Positions 52,760 to 64,000 of a DNA stretch of 64,000 nt are shown here, in pieces. The translations under genes were made by a program, and so were the position numbers. How positions within the stretch are numbered: position 1 is the stretch's first letter; each line of letters starts with the position of its first letter. Source of the DNA: Octopus sinensis (Eukaryota); contig NC_043011.1 in NCBI RefSeq assembly GCF_006345805.1, positions 54,014,464 to 54,078,463 on the forward strand, given 5' to 3'. The notes below the pieces were generated by a model. It was not told the origin of the DNA and ran no database searches. It was given only the letters and a program-made list of their open reading frames with translations.

Positions 52760-53097
52760 CGGCAAAGACCCAAGGCTCCATCTTTGGGATGTAGTTAACA
52801 CAGACAAATTCACATTTGGAACTTGGGAAAAGTCTTGCGTATTTTTACTGTTCCACTCACAGATTGCACTTGTAATGCACGAATCAGCTGGTCAATTTCT
52901 CTTTCTGAAAATCCCAGTTTATCCAGATTTTCCTTTAAGCATTTACTAACAAAACCTTGAGCTCCAATTATTATTGGTATCAATATGAATTCATAGTCTG
53001 GATTAAGGAGCTGGAAGTTTCGAAGCAGTTGTCCATAGATATCCTCTTTTTCTTTGATTTTCAAAGAGATACAGTATATGTGTGTGTGTATGTATGT

Positions 53098-53164
<67 letters not shown>

Positions 53165-53490
53165 ATGTATGTATTTATGTATGTATGTTCTTTTCTGTTT
53201 TTAATTATATAAATTCTTCCCCTGAAGAAGGAGCTGGTTTCCATCAAAGACACAAATCTCCATCTTTGGAATATGTACAACGAAAACATTGTCACATTTT
53301 AAACTTGAGAAAAGTTTTGCATAGTTTTACTGTTCCGCTTACAGATTGTATTTGTTATGTGTGAGTCAGTTCGATGATTTCTTTTCCTGAAAATCCAAGC
53401 TTATCCAGACTGACAGACAGACAAAGGCATTTATTTACAAAACCAAGTGCTCCAGTTATTGGTATAATTTCAAATTTGTAATCCATATGT
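52760..53490 (-). mobile_element. Two tandem relics of an RLE-type non-LTR retrotransposon C-terminus
   Basis: ...PIIIGAQGFVSKCLKENLDKLGFSEREIDQLIRALQVQSVSGTVKIRKTFPKFQM* and ...PITGALGFVNKCL..LDKLGFSGKEI...SVSGTVKLCKTFLKFKM*, each with a similar 3' UTR. Confidence 0.65.
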
Positions 53491-53497
53491 ATATATG

Positions 53498-53530
<33 letters not shown>

Positions 53531-53967
53531 GTGTATGTATGTGTGTGTGTGTGTGTGTGTGTGCGTGCGTATGCGTGCATGTATTCTTGTATGTATGTAC
53601 GTATGTTTGCATGCAGATATGCTTGTATGTATGTATGTATGTATGTATGTATGTATGTATGTATGTATGTATGTATGTATTTATGTATGTATGTATGTGC
53701 ATGTGTGTGTGTGTGTCTGTATGGGTGTGTGTGTGAGTATGCATGTATGTATGTATGTATGTATGAATGTATGCATGTATGCATGAAATCATGAAAATAT
53801 AAGCATTAAAACGATGATGATTGCACACACACACATACAGACACACACACACACACAAATGCAAATATACATATATACAAACGACCATACATGCTGATAT
53901 GTATATTCATAAAACTGATCACAGGTGGGCTAGAAATGAAAGAAGTGAAAATTAATTAAGGTCTCAC

Positions 53968-54111
53968 CACAGGAGTAAACAATTTCTAAATATTTCTGAG
54001 AAGTGGAGGGGCAATAATTCTCAAAAGTACTACTGTCCACTTGAATTGGACAATGTTTCCGTCCCTGACAGTCTTGTATGGCCTGTTCTGCTGCATGGGG
54101 TGTCTTGCAAT
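53968..54111 (-). CDS. EVA1C: EVA-1-like exon (SUEL domain 2, C-half), phase 1-1
   Basis: tttttcag| (N)CKTPHAAEQAIQDCQGRKHCPIQVDSSTFENYCPSTSQKYLEIVYSC |gtgaga; C.G...C.I.V....F...CP....KYL.I.Y.C pattern. Confidence 0.93.
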
Positions 54112-54844
54112 CTGAAAAATAATATGGAAATTGTGACAAAGTAATGCAATGCGTAACAGTGTAACACTGGTCTGTCAACGGTGTTACAATATTGACAATA
54201 GTACAGTAATGTTACTGATCCTTTCAACTATAGTATTGTCCAAAATCACAGAGTAGGAGAGAGAGTAGTATAAATGAAGAGAGAGGAGATAAAATAGTAA
54301 TTCAGTGAAGGAGAAGTAGTGAGAGTAATAGCCTTGGCTGAGAAAGAGTGAGAGAAAGTAATAGCAATCCGAGGGAGGAAGTAGCAAAGAGTGCTTCATG
54401 TATCTTCTATTTTTCTCCATCACAACATATGAATGAGAAAGGAAGGGGCGATAGATAAATATCGAAGGAAGGGGTGAAAAACAAATCAGTGTTTCAACTC
54501 TGTGTGAGCATATGTATGTGTATGTAAAAGGGAGGTATGTTTGTGTGTGTGTGTGTGCATGCGTGCAATTGAAATGGGATGGTGAATGTTCAACACTAAA
54601 AAGAAAAATCAAACAGCATTTCAACTCTGAGTATATGTGTGTATGTGTGGCAGTGTTTCTACAGCTTGATGCCCTTCCTAATGCCAACCACTCCGAGAGC
54701 ATAGTGGGTGCTTTACTCTTGGAGTGGTTGGCATTAGGAAGGGCATCCAGCTGTAATACACACAAATATATAAAATCCCTATACTCATTATTATATTAGG
54801 AAATGACACCTAAGTAACACAGCATTTACAGTAGGATATATATA

Positions 54845-55241
54845 ACTAGCAGTATCGCCTGGCGTTGCTCGGGTTTGTAAGGGAAATAACTATATAAGCA
54901 TTTTTAGAGATGTAAAGTATAATAGCCATCTCAATATGGCTAACCACAAAGGGGGGTGTTACTGTAGCTTTTTACGTTCTGAGATTTAATAATACACTTT
55001 TAGAGAGTTACTTCCCTTATATAATAGCAAAAAAATGCATTAAAAATGGGAAAAAATGATGATAAATTTTTTTTTAAATCGTAGACTCATCGTAGACGCG
55101 CGCTAATATCCAGAAGGGCTCGATATGAATCACGACTATAAGATACCCGCTTTTGGTTACACTGCACCGCAAAATGTGGGAGTAGTTAGGAATCTAAATC
55201 GTAGGAGACAGACACACAACTTCACTTTTATACATAAAGAT
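54845..55241 (+). mobile_element. Non-autonomous Helitron/Helentron-type element
   Basis: Same 5' about 70 bp as 21347, different body, ends TTTTATACATAAAGAT. Confidence 0.6.
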
Positions 55242-55386
55242 GTCAAAGTGACGCAGAAGTCACTACAACAACACAATGATTTCTGTAGTAACACAGTGAT
55301 TATTTGATTATTACAGTAGCACAGGTGTCGCTATAGGAAAAATCAGAAGCCTACAGAAGTGATTCACAAAATCAAAGTATACTAAC

Positions 55387-55536
55387 TATGCAAGGAATAA
55401 GATTCTGGTTTGGAACAGTTGGTTTTAGTTGATGGAAAATGCCGGAACTTTGCATAATAAACAACAATTCTACTGGAACGTCGACATGTCAGAGTTATCT
55501 GTTCATCTTCACAGGCCAAATTACGATGGAATTCAG
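55387..55536 (-). CDS. EVA1C: EVA-1-like exon (SUEL domain 2, N-half), phase 1-1
   Basis: ttttccag| (T)EFHRNLACEDEQITLTCRRSSRIVVYYAKFRHFPSTKTNCSKPESYSLH |gttagt; ACE.E...L.C pattern. Absent from the ORF track. Confidence 0.9.
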
Positions 55537-55730
55537 CTGGAAAACAACAATAAGCATACAATTAGTAAATTATCTCATTTCAGTTGTCACTCAGACTACA
55601 AGGGTCTCACTTTCTCTTGTCACCCACAAAGTGTCTCACTTGCTACAGTCATACAAACACTACGTCTCACTTTCTGCTGCCACACAAAGTGTCTCACTTT
55701 CTCCTGCCACTAATCATGTGCCTCATTAAG

Positions 55731-55945
55731 TGGGCGAGCTGGCAGAAACGTTAGCACACCGAGCGAAATGCTTAGCGGTATTTTGTCTGTTTTTACGTTC
55801 TGAGTTCAAATTCTGCTGAGGTCGACTTTGCCTTTCATCCTTTCAGGGTCGATAAATTAAGTACCAGTTGCATACTGGGGTCGATCTAATCGACTGGCCC
55901 CCTCCTCCAAAATTTCAGGTCTTGTGCCTAGAGTAGAAAAGAATC
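55731..55945 (+). mobile_element. SINE-like repeat family B
   Basis: GGCGAGCTGGCAGAAACGTTAGC...TTCTGAGTTCAAATTC...GGGTCGATAAATTAAGTACCAG; many other copies, e.g. 20575-20975, 25500-25915 and 29100-30070 on the minus strand. Confidence 0.72.
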
Positions 55946-56867
55946 ATGTGCCCCATTTTCTGATGTCACATACTGTAACTCATTTCCTCTCGTCATCTAC
56001 ACTGTTTCACATTTCCTCCTTTCACCACAGAGCATCTCCCGCTTGTCACCAATGGAGTGTCTCACTTCTATTACTCTCATAAGCACAAAATTTGCTGTTG
56101 TTTTTAAGGTTCACATTAACCTTGATTGACCTATTCATAAATGACAAATAATTGTTCCATTGCTTATTTTCAGTCAAGTGGCCAACAATAGGAAGGGCAC
56201 CGAGGCATACAAATAAATAATCAAAACATGGGAAAATATGTGTATAACAGTAAAAAAAGTATAATAAGAGAAAATGAAATGAAATGGCAGTTGTTGATAA
56301 CAACAAAGCATTTATAAAATAACACAATGTAACAAAAGTTTAATTTTTTTTTGTCCTTGGTCAGTAAGTGTTATCTCCTATATGCTTCTTTCTAGAAATC
56401 AAAGAAGTGACTACTATTCCTTTCAAACTTTGCTTTTGTGACCTGGATATCAATGTTTTGAAACTGACCTATTTTCCATTAAATCTCAGACAGACTCAGA
56501 GCTGAGTTGCTGAAGCAGAAATATCATTATAGCAAATATTCTGCTCAAAACCACAGATTTGCTTGTCAGTTGCTTGACCTTTATCATTTGAGCATGTCCC
56601 TTAGTTGTTGACAATATGTGCATCTCTGATTCATATAATAATATAACAATAAATATATAATAATAGCATGAACAGGAGTAGTGGAGGGGCATCATAGGCA
56701 TGTGTTAAGAGAAATTCTTTGGGGCTTGAATAAATGTAAGAAAATCAAAGCTTGAAGGAAATATTAGCCACTTGTCATACTTTCTAGGGGTAAGCAAATT
56801 AAAAAAAAAAGGACAAAAACCATGTTACATAGTGCAATTATGCAGAAGTGTATATAAATATAATTAA

Positions 56868-57086
56868 CCCTTTAGTATTTAAACCGGCCATATCCGGCTA
56901 AAATATTTAATCTGTTTTATGTTCAAACTGACCAGATCCAGGCTCTCACACCTACCCTACAATGTTAGTCTACATTAAGTAATTACACCATCAAGATCTT
57001 AAAGATATGAGATAATTCATGATTAATTCAAATCAATGGGAATCAATAGGCATTATGTTTGATAGAATAATCTGAACACTAAAGGG
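56868..57086. mobile_element. piggyBac-type MITE
   Basis: TTAA-CCCTTTAGT...ACTAAAGGG-TTAA terminal inverted repeats with TTAA TSD. Confidence 0.75.
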
Positions 57087-57424
57087 TTAAGCATAAAAAA
57101 CAGAAAAGTGAAAGTTCATAGTAGTTCTTCATAGATAGGTAGATATCCTGAAAGTTTATACTCTATTATTACAGACAAAAGAGATTAAAATCTGAGTAGA
57201 AAGTTCTTCATAGATTGATAGAGTTCATATTCGAACCTCACAAATAAGATTGAGGAGAATACAGGTAGTCTTTTACAGTAGTATCTGGGGTTTGGTATCC
57301 AGCAAGTACAGTATTGTGCATTGTGTGTACATATTCATGAAGAAGATGGGTATTAGTGAATTTATGTGAAGTAATCCAAATTTAAAATATATTAAGACTC
57401 ACTCTCTCTTTCTTTTTTACACTT

Positions 57425-57659
57425 TTGCTCTTTTACTCGTTTCAGTCATTTGACTGTGGCAATGCTGGAGCATTGCCTTTAGTCGAGCAAATCTACCCCA
57501 GGACTTATTCTTTGTAAGCCTAGTACTTATTCTATCGGTCTCTTTTGCCGAACTGCTAAGTTACAGGGATGTAAGCACACCAGCATTCGTTGTCAAGCGA
57601 TGTTGGGGGGTAGAAACACAGACACACAAACATATACACACACATACATACATATATAT

Positions 57660-57690
<31 letters not shown>

Positions 57691-57863
57691 CACACACACA
57701 TATATACGACGGGCTTCTTTCAGTTTCTGTCTACCAAATCCACTCACAAGGCTTTGGTTGGCCCGAGGCTATAGTAGAATACACTTGCCCAAGGTGCCAC
57801 GCAGTGGGACTGAACCCGGAACCATGTGGTTCATAAGCAAGCTACTTACTACACAGCCACTCC
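57425..57863 (-). mobile_element. SINE family A, full length
   Basis: Reverse complement of the family A consensus ending CAGCCACTCC. Confidence 0.8.
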
Positions 57864-58399
57864 TATTCCGTCACCAAAAGAAAATAAAAGTTTAGCAGAG
57901 AAAGGTTTTTAATATATACTGATTCCAAAGTTTTGGCACACGGCCAGTGAGTTTGGAGGAAGGGGACTAATTGATTACATCAACTCCAATGCTCATCTGG
58001 TACTTATCTTATTGACCCCTGAAAGAATGAAAGGGAAATTTGACCCTGGTGGAATTTGAACTCAGAACGTGAAGATGGACAAAATGTTACTAAGAATTTT
58101 TCTCAGCACGCTAACAATTCTGCCAACTTGCTGCTTTAAATGTACTTCATTTCAAGGAATTGCAATGAAACTGTTCTCACTGCTTTCATTATTTTTGCTG
58201 CTTTTGCAGATTCCTATGACTCTCTGTTGCCATTCAATTCCATTTGAATTGGGAGTCTGAGTCATAGTGAAACTTTGATTAGCTGATGACACAACCATAG
58301 ATGTCACCTCTATGGATGCAGTGTGGTTATTCTCTCAATAGAGCTTGGCGAACCTGACTGTAGATCTTCTAGGATTCCACCACTCAGCATCAATGTAAG

Positions 58400-58958
58400 A
58401 AGCGCCACTGACTCAGTTGAGCTTCTGCTATTTCTTCACAGACTGGCTCAGTCGAGCTCTTTTACAATCTCTTCACAGACTGGCTCAGTTGAGCTCTTCT
58501 ACCTCTTCACAAACTGGCTCAGTTGAGCTCCTCTACTATCTCTTCACAGACTGGCTCAGTTGAGCTCCTCTACTATCTCTTCACAGACTGGCTCAGTTGA
58601 GCTCTTCTACAATCTCTTCACAAACTGACTCATTTGAGCTCCTCTACAATCTCTTCCCAAACTGGCTCAGTTGAGCTCCTCTACAATCTCTTCACAGACT
58701 GGCTCAGTTGAGCTCTTCTACTATCTCTTCACAGACTGGTTCAGTTGAGCTCCTCTACAATCTCTTCACAAACTGGCTCAGTTGAGCTCTTCTACAACCT
58801 CTTCCCAAACTGGCTCAGTTGAGCTCTTCTACAACCTCTTCCCAAACTGGCTCAGTTGAGCTCTTCTACAATCTCTTCACAAACTGGCTCAGTTGAGCTC
58901 TTCTACAACCTCTTCCCAAACTGGCTCAGTTGAGCTCTTCTACAATCTCTTCACAAAC
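58400..58958. repeat. 37-bp minisatellite, about 15 copies
   Basis: CTGGCTCAGTTGAGCTCTTCTACAATCTCTTCACAAA; unit starts at 58810 and 58847 are 37 bp apart; no spacers. Confidence 0.9.
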
Positions 58959-59231
58959 CACCATGCTGCTGTGCCATGATTGCACCGTACTTCTGACAGG
59001 ATGGCTGAACGTGTGCTATGCCTTGCCAAAGGGCAGTCGGTAACTATGCAGGACACAGGTCATCATTCTATGAGGTATTTTCAAAATACCCACATACCCC
59101 AAAGGTACTTAATATATTATAAATACACTTTTTCCCTGTATTCATTATACGCCTCTTTTGACATAATGTTACCCCATTATAACAGAAAAGGAAAGAAGAC
59201 ATGTTGCTATATCAATCAAGGAATTACTCAC

Positions 59232-59361
59232 TGGGTCGGCATTGGTAAGCTACTTCAAGTAATTTTGTTCTGTTTGGGCAAGGATCTGATAGAGTGGTGA
59301 AGGTTTTTACCTTCACCCTTAATTGACATCTCCGTTTCTCTTGGCACATCTTCAATAAAAC
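59232..59361 (-). CDS. EVA1C: EVA-1-like exon (SUEL domain 1, C-half), phase 0-1
   Basis: tttgcag| VLLKMCQEKRRCQLRVKVKTFTTLSDPCPNRTKLLEVAYQCRP |gtgagt; DPCP...LEVAYxCRP motif. Absent from the ORF track. Confidence 0.92.
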
Positions 59362-59698
59362 CTGCAAAAATAAATAACAAATGTAATTTAGATAAAGGGA
59401 TCACAAGGCTGCAAGAAAATAAAACTTACTACGGAATAGTCAAATGATGTGTGAGGAGAAACACACCGATTCCATATGTAATGGGCATCAATAGAGTTGC
59501 TTTAAGAAGTCTATTTTGCACTCCCATGCGTGTGTGTGTGTGTGTGTGTGTGTAGTGTACTGTTCTGTGATGGTAAAATCGACTATTTTGTGATGGTAAA
59601 AGTACTCCATCTGGTGAGAGATGAATATTATTTAATAAACATAATATATATTTTTCTGTGCTACTATTAGTTTCATGCGCTGAGAACATGTTTAAACA

Positions 59699-60116
59699 GG
59701 CATAGGAGTGGCTGTGTGGTAAGTAGCTTGCTTACCAACCACATGGTTCTGGGTTCAGTCCCATTGCATGGCACCTTGGACAAGTGTCTTCTACTATAGC
59801 CTCGGGCCGACCAAAGCCTTGTGAGTGGATTTGGTAGACGGAAACTGAAAGAAGCCCGTCGTATATATATATATATGTGTATGTGTGTGTATATGTTTGT
59901 GTGTATATGTTTGTGTGTCTGTGTTTGTCCCCCACCCCCAACATCGCTTCACAACCAAAGCTGGTGTGTTTATGTCCCCGTAACTTAGCAGTTCAGCAAA
60001 AGAGACTGATAGAATAAGTACTAGGCTTACAAAGAATAAGTCCTGGGGTCGATTTACTCGACTAAAGGCGGTGCTCCAGCATGGCCGCAGTCACATGACT
60101 GAAACAAGTAAAAGAG
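59699..60116 (+). mobile_element. SINE family A, full length
   Basis: GGCATAGGAGTGGCTGTGTGG...GTAAAAGAG. Confidence 0.8.
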
Positions 60117-60625
60117 TGTTTTATGACACATCTGGTGTCCTAACACAACCATCAGACACTGCCCACATATTCATTATGCCATTTGGACAGTGTCTGATGA
60201 CTGTGCTAGGACATCAGATATGTTGTAGAACACTGTTTGGCATGTTCTCAGCATATGAAACTAATAGTAACACATAAAAACTTATATTGTGCTTATTAAA
60301 TAATATATACATATATGTATGTATGTAAGTAAGTATATCATGTAATTGACCAGACTATCAGATGTTGTTATACACTGCTGGTCACAATGCACTTTACATC
60401 GTATTAGTTTTCGAATGATGCCACCCCACTGCCTAGGCAAACAGGCCAACATTCCCCTTGAACAAAGGACAAGACCCTTGTAGGGTTACCCATTTACAGC
60501 TGAGTGAACTGGAGCATTGGGAAGTGAAGTGTTTTGTTTAAGAACACAACATGCTGCTCAGTCTGGGAACCAAACCCATGATCTGTTGATTGCGACATCC
60601 TAACCACTGGGCCATGCACCTCCAC

Positions 60626-60686
<61 letters not shown>

Positions 60687-61920
60687 TTTATCTTTCACTT
60701 GTTTTAGTAAGGCACAGCCATGAAGAGGTCTTTGTCGAATGTACCAACCCTACAACTTATTTTTTAAGCCTAGTACTTATTCTCTTTTGCTGAACTGCTA
60801 AGTTGCTAAGTTACAGGGATGTAAACAGACCAACACCAGTTGTCAACTGGTGGTGGTGGTGGTGTGGGACAAACATACACAAAAACAGATATGCACACAC
60901 ACACATGTATATACATATATACAATGGGTTTCTTTCAGTTTCTGTGTACCAGATCCTCTCACAGGGCTCTGGTCCACCTGAGGCTATAGTAGAAGACACT
61001 TGCCCAAGGTGTCATGCAATAGGACTGAACTTGGAACCATGTGGTTGGGAAGCAAGCTCCTTAGCACACAGCCACACCTGCACCTATATATATATATATA
61101 TGTATGTATATATATATTTGTGTGTGCGTGTGTGTGTGTGTATAAAATAACAAAGTAATGAAAATGGAGAGCTTCTTATATTGTGAAAAGAGGGAAACAA
61201 TTTCTAACCCTTTTATATTTCAGGCCCAAAATCTCACCACCAGAAAATAACAGCTGAAAGAAATGTCTGTCCATGTAGTACCAGCCATGTTGATTGTTGT
61301 GCAATATATATATATATATCACATATATAAGTGTGTGTGTGTGTGTGTGCATGAAGGACTCTCCTGTTGAAGATGACGTAGAGGTGTTCAGCTTTTGCCG
61401 AAAGACCTGCTGAAATGATTTGCTTATAGTGATCAAATATTCATGCTGCACATTAGCTCACTTCCTCCATTAAATCAACATTTCCTGAACAGGTGCTTAG
61501 TGTACCATGTGTCAGGCATCAAAGTGATCACAGAGCAACAAGAGATAAAGTGTTTTGCTGGTCTAGGAATTGAAACCATGATCTCATGATCATGAGTGCA
61601 ACATCCTAACTACTAGGCCATCTGCTTAGTGGTTAGTGTGTGTGTGTGTGTGTGCATGAAGGACTCTCCTGTCGGAGATGACATATGTGTGTTCAGCTTT
61701 TGCCAAATGATCTGCACAAAATGTTTTGTTTATAGTGATCAACTGTTCATGTTGCACATTGGCTCCCTTCCACCATCAAATCAACATCATCAGAACAGGT
61801 GCATGGTGTACCATGTGTCAGGTGTTGAAGTGATCGCAGAGCAATATGAGACAAAGTGTTTTGCTCAAGAACACAATGTATCAACTGGTATGTTAATATG
61901 TGTGTGTGTTTGTGTGTGTG

Positions 61921-61952
<32 letters not shown>

Positions 61953-62027
61953 GGTTTGTGTGATGATTCCACCACTGTAATTCTACCAAAACCCCTTACC
62001 TTATTTGGCAATATTTGAGCTACTTAC

Positions 62028-62245
62028 GTCCAGTGTATTCGAGAGATAGCAGTTCCGATCACCGTCGCCTTGGGAATGGTCTTTGAATGGCGTGTCCATG
62101 GTACCACACATGTGATGCTCTGATAAACTGTAACCATACTGAGAAAACTGGATGCTGATTAGCGTGCCTTCAGGACAATATATGTACAACATTTTCCCAT
62201 CACATAATGTCTCTCGGAACCGCATCAGGGAGCTTGAAAGGAGAC
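62028..62245 (-). CDS. EVA1C: EVA-1/EVA1C-like: first visible coding exon (SUEL domain 1, N-half), phase 1-0
   Basis: aacag| (G)LLSSSLMRFRETLCDGKMLYIYCPEGTLISIQFSQYGYSLSEHHMCGTMDTPFKDHSQGDGDRNCYLSNTLD |gtaagt. Has the CDG..L...CP....I.I....YG SUEL pattern. The upstream signal-peptide exon was not found. Confidence 0.9.
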
Positions 62246-64000
62246 CTGTTGATTTAAAGAACACAGAAAAACATCATTAATTTTATGTTCTCAAACCTAT
62301 CTATTCTTGATTTGAAATCGGGCTGGGTCCAATTTTTCAATAAAAAGAATTTTGGGTGGGGGGTAAAATATGAATCGGTTGCTGAATAGGGTCAAGTGAA
62401 CTGTCAGCAATTTCTGTCTGATATAACTTGTTTTTATGCTTTAGGAAAAGCAATTGTCATTGGTGTTGGAATCTTCATTTTCCGCACTTGTATTGCTTGG
62501 ATAGTTTGACAAGCTCCAACAAGCTAGAGGACTGCAGAAAGCTCAGATGTATGTTTTGGCATGGTTTCTATAGCTGGATGCCCTTCCTAGTGCCAAACAC
62601 TTTACAGTGTGTACTAAACACTTTTTTTTTACATTGCACCAGCACCATTGAGGTAACCAAGTAACCTGCAAGACAAAACTCTCTCAGCTGAGTGGGGAAT
62701 AGTATTAAGTAGGAGTAGATTTATGCTAGGTTGTTGGCATCCTTTTGTCTCGAGAGACAATGAAGTTGCACATAAACTAATCCAGTCTGGTTTTTACATT
62801 TCATGTCCTCTCCAGTTTCGCATAGGCCTGGGCTAGATGTAAGAAAATCCTGGGCAGCCCAATCGTCAGGATTCCTCTCTCGACCTTGCTGACGTAGCCC
62901 AAAGGAGTGCAGAGCATTACGTTTGGCACCAGCTTCGTTGCAGAAGCTGCTAGAAGAGTGTCGAATCAAACACTAAACTGCCTACGGGGCTCCACTCTGG
63001 ATTTCTTTGAAGGTTGTCTCCTTTTCGTAACCCTGGATAGGGGCCCATATGGGGTACTGTCAGCAGGAGCCAGCTAAGCCCAGGACTCGTGTCAGGCAGG
63101 GTCACCCATTACCTAATGCTAGGTAATGAGAGGTTAAAGCAGTGGTTCTTATCTGGGCTCCATATGTTCATATAAGATGTTTGAGGGTCCAAGCATGTAT
63201 GTATGTATGTATGTCCTAGGTATGACTTTAAACTGCACAGGACTTCCAGAGTTTTGAGGAGTGTGGAATAATCTCTTAGCCATTATTGCTCCCGAGTCTA
63301 ATCTGGCTCAGTGTAGTAGCTATGGGTTAACTAGCATATGAACCAACAAGCGAAGGACCCCTAGTCCTCATTAGAACTTCCTTCCAGGAGAAGGTAAACT
63401 CATTTAAAAATCCTAAGGTGCAGATGCTTTCCGATCATCTCAACCTTTGTGACACCACTAGTTTTATAGCTGGTTGCACTGAAAAATGGGCTCAGTGCTG
63501 TGCAACACTTTAATCCACTCAAAACAAATTCACGTTCAAGAACTTCTTGGACTCTTGGAACATTCGCAGAGACTTTACTGGGTTTAAGAAATGGTCTTTC
63601 TCATGCAGTCTGCACTCTTCAGGTTGAAATGTGACAGTTAAGTTATGTTTGGCTGGTTGCAGTGTGGCACCAATGTCCTGAGGTGCAGTGTGGCATTACG
63701 GCAATCAAAGAATATAGTTTGGGATACCAAAATGAGTTTGAATTTAATTTCTTTCTTCTACAGGCACAAGGCCTGAAATTCTAGGTTGGAGTGTCGGGAT
63801 TCATCTATTACACTGACTCCAATGCTTGTCTGGTACTTATTTTATCGACCCTGAAAGGATGAAAGTCAAAGTTCACTTCAGTGGTGTCTGAACTCAGATA
63901 TAAAGAACCAGAAGAAATGTTGCTAAGTGATTTCTCTGGCATGCTAATGATTCAGCCAGTTTGCCATCTTAGAATTTGAATTTAATTTTAAAAAATAGAA

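Noticed and set aside
52739-52775. Hammerhead-like CTGAGGA/CTGAAGA starts (also 53222-53250)
   Set aside because: No GAAA follows the stem, stems I and III are absent, and the motif is antisense to the host retroelement.
58400-58958. CRISPR-like array (37-bp repeats)
   Set aside because: The units are directly adjacent with no unique spacers, there are no cas genes, and the context is eukaryotic.
59301-59311. Apparent donor (AAG|GTAAAA) splitting the SUEL exon
   Set aside because: The reading continues in frame (VKTFTTLSDPC) and the gap is too short for an intron; treated as one exon, 59232-59361.

Overview
Eukaryotic, AT-rich, microsatellite- and SINE-dense genomic DNA; the repeat families look like those of Octopus (inferred from repeat types only). 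The window holds two convergent protein-coding genes that the ORF track only fragments. (1) The last four coding exons of CFAP298/C21orf59 (+ strand, 963-8131). (2) Seven coding exons of an EVA-1/EVA1C-like type I membrane protein (- strand, 62245 to 20028): two SUEL lectin domains, a His/Ser/Thr-rich stalk, a TM helix and a cytoplasmic tail. Its signal-peptide exon was not found. All splice phases join in frame. As I recall it, the human orthologues are also a tail-to-tail near-neighbour pair on 21q22.11. The rest is tRNA-derived SINEs, piggyBac/hAT/foldback MITEs, Helitron-type elements, LINE 3' ends (RTE, CR1, R4/Dong-like), mariner relics, minisatellites and simple repeats. The very long ORFs are repeat artefacts. 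The most notable non-coding signal is at least three unrelated families of minimal type I hammerhead ribozyme motifs. One sits inside a tRNA-headed (Pol III) element that occurs with an inverted partner at each of three loci; another sits in a 153-bp near-perfect palindrome.
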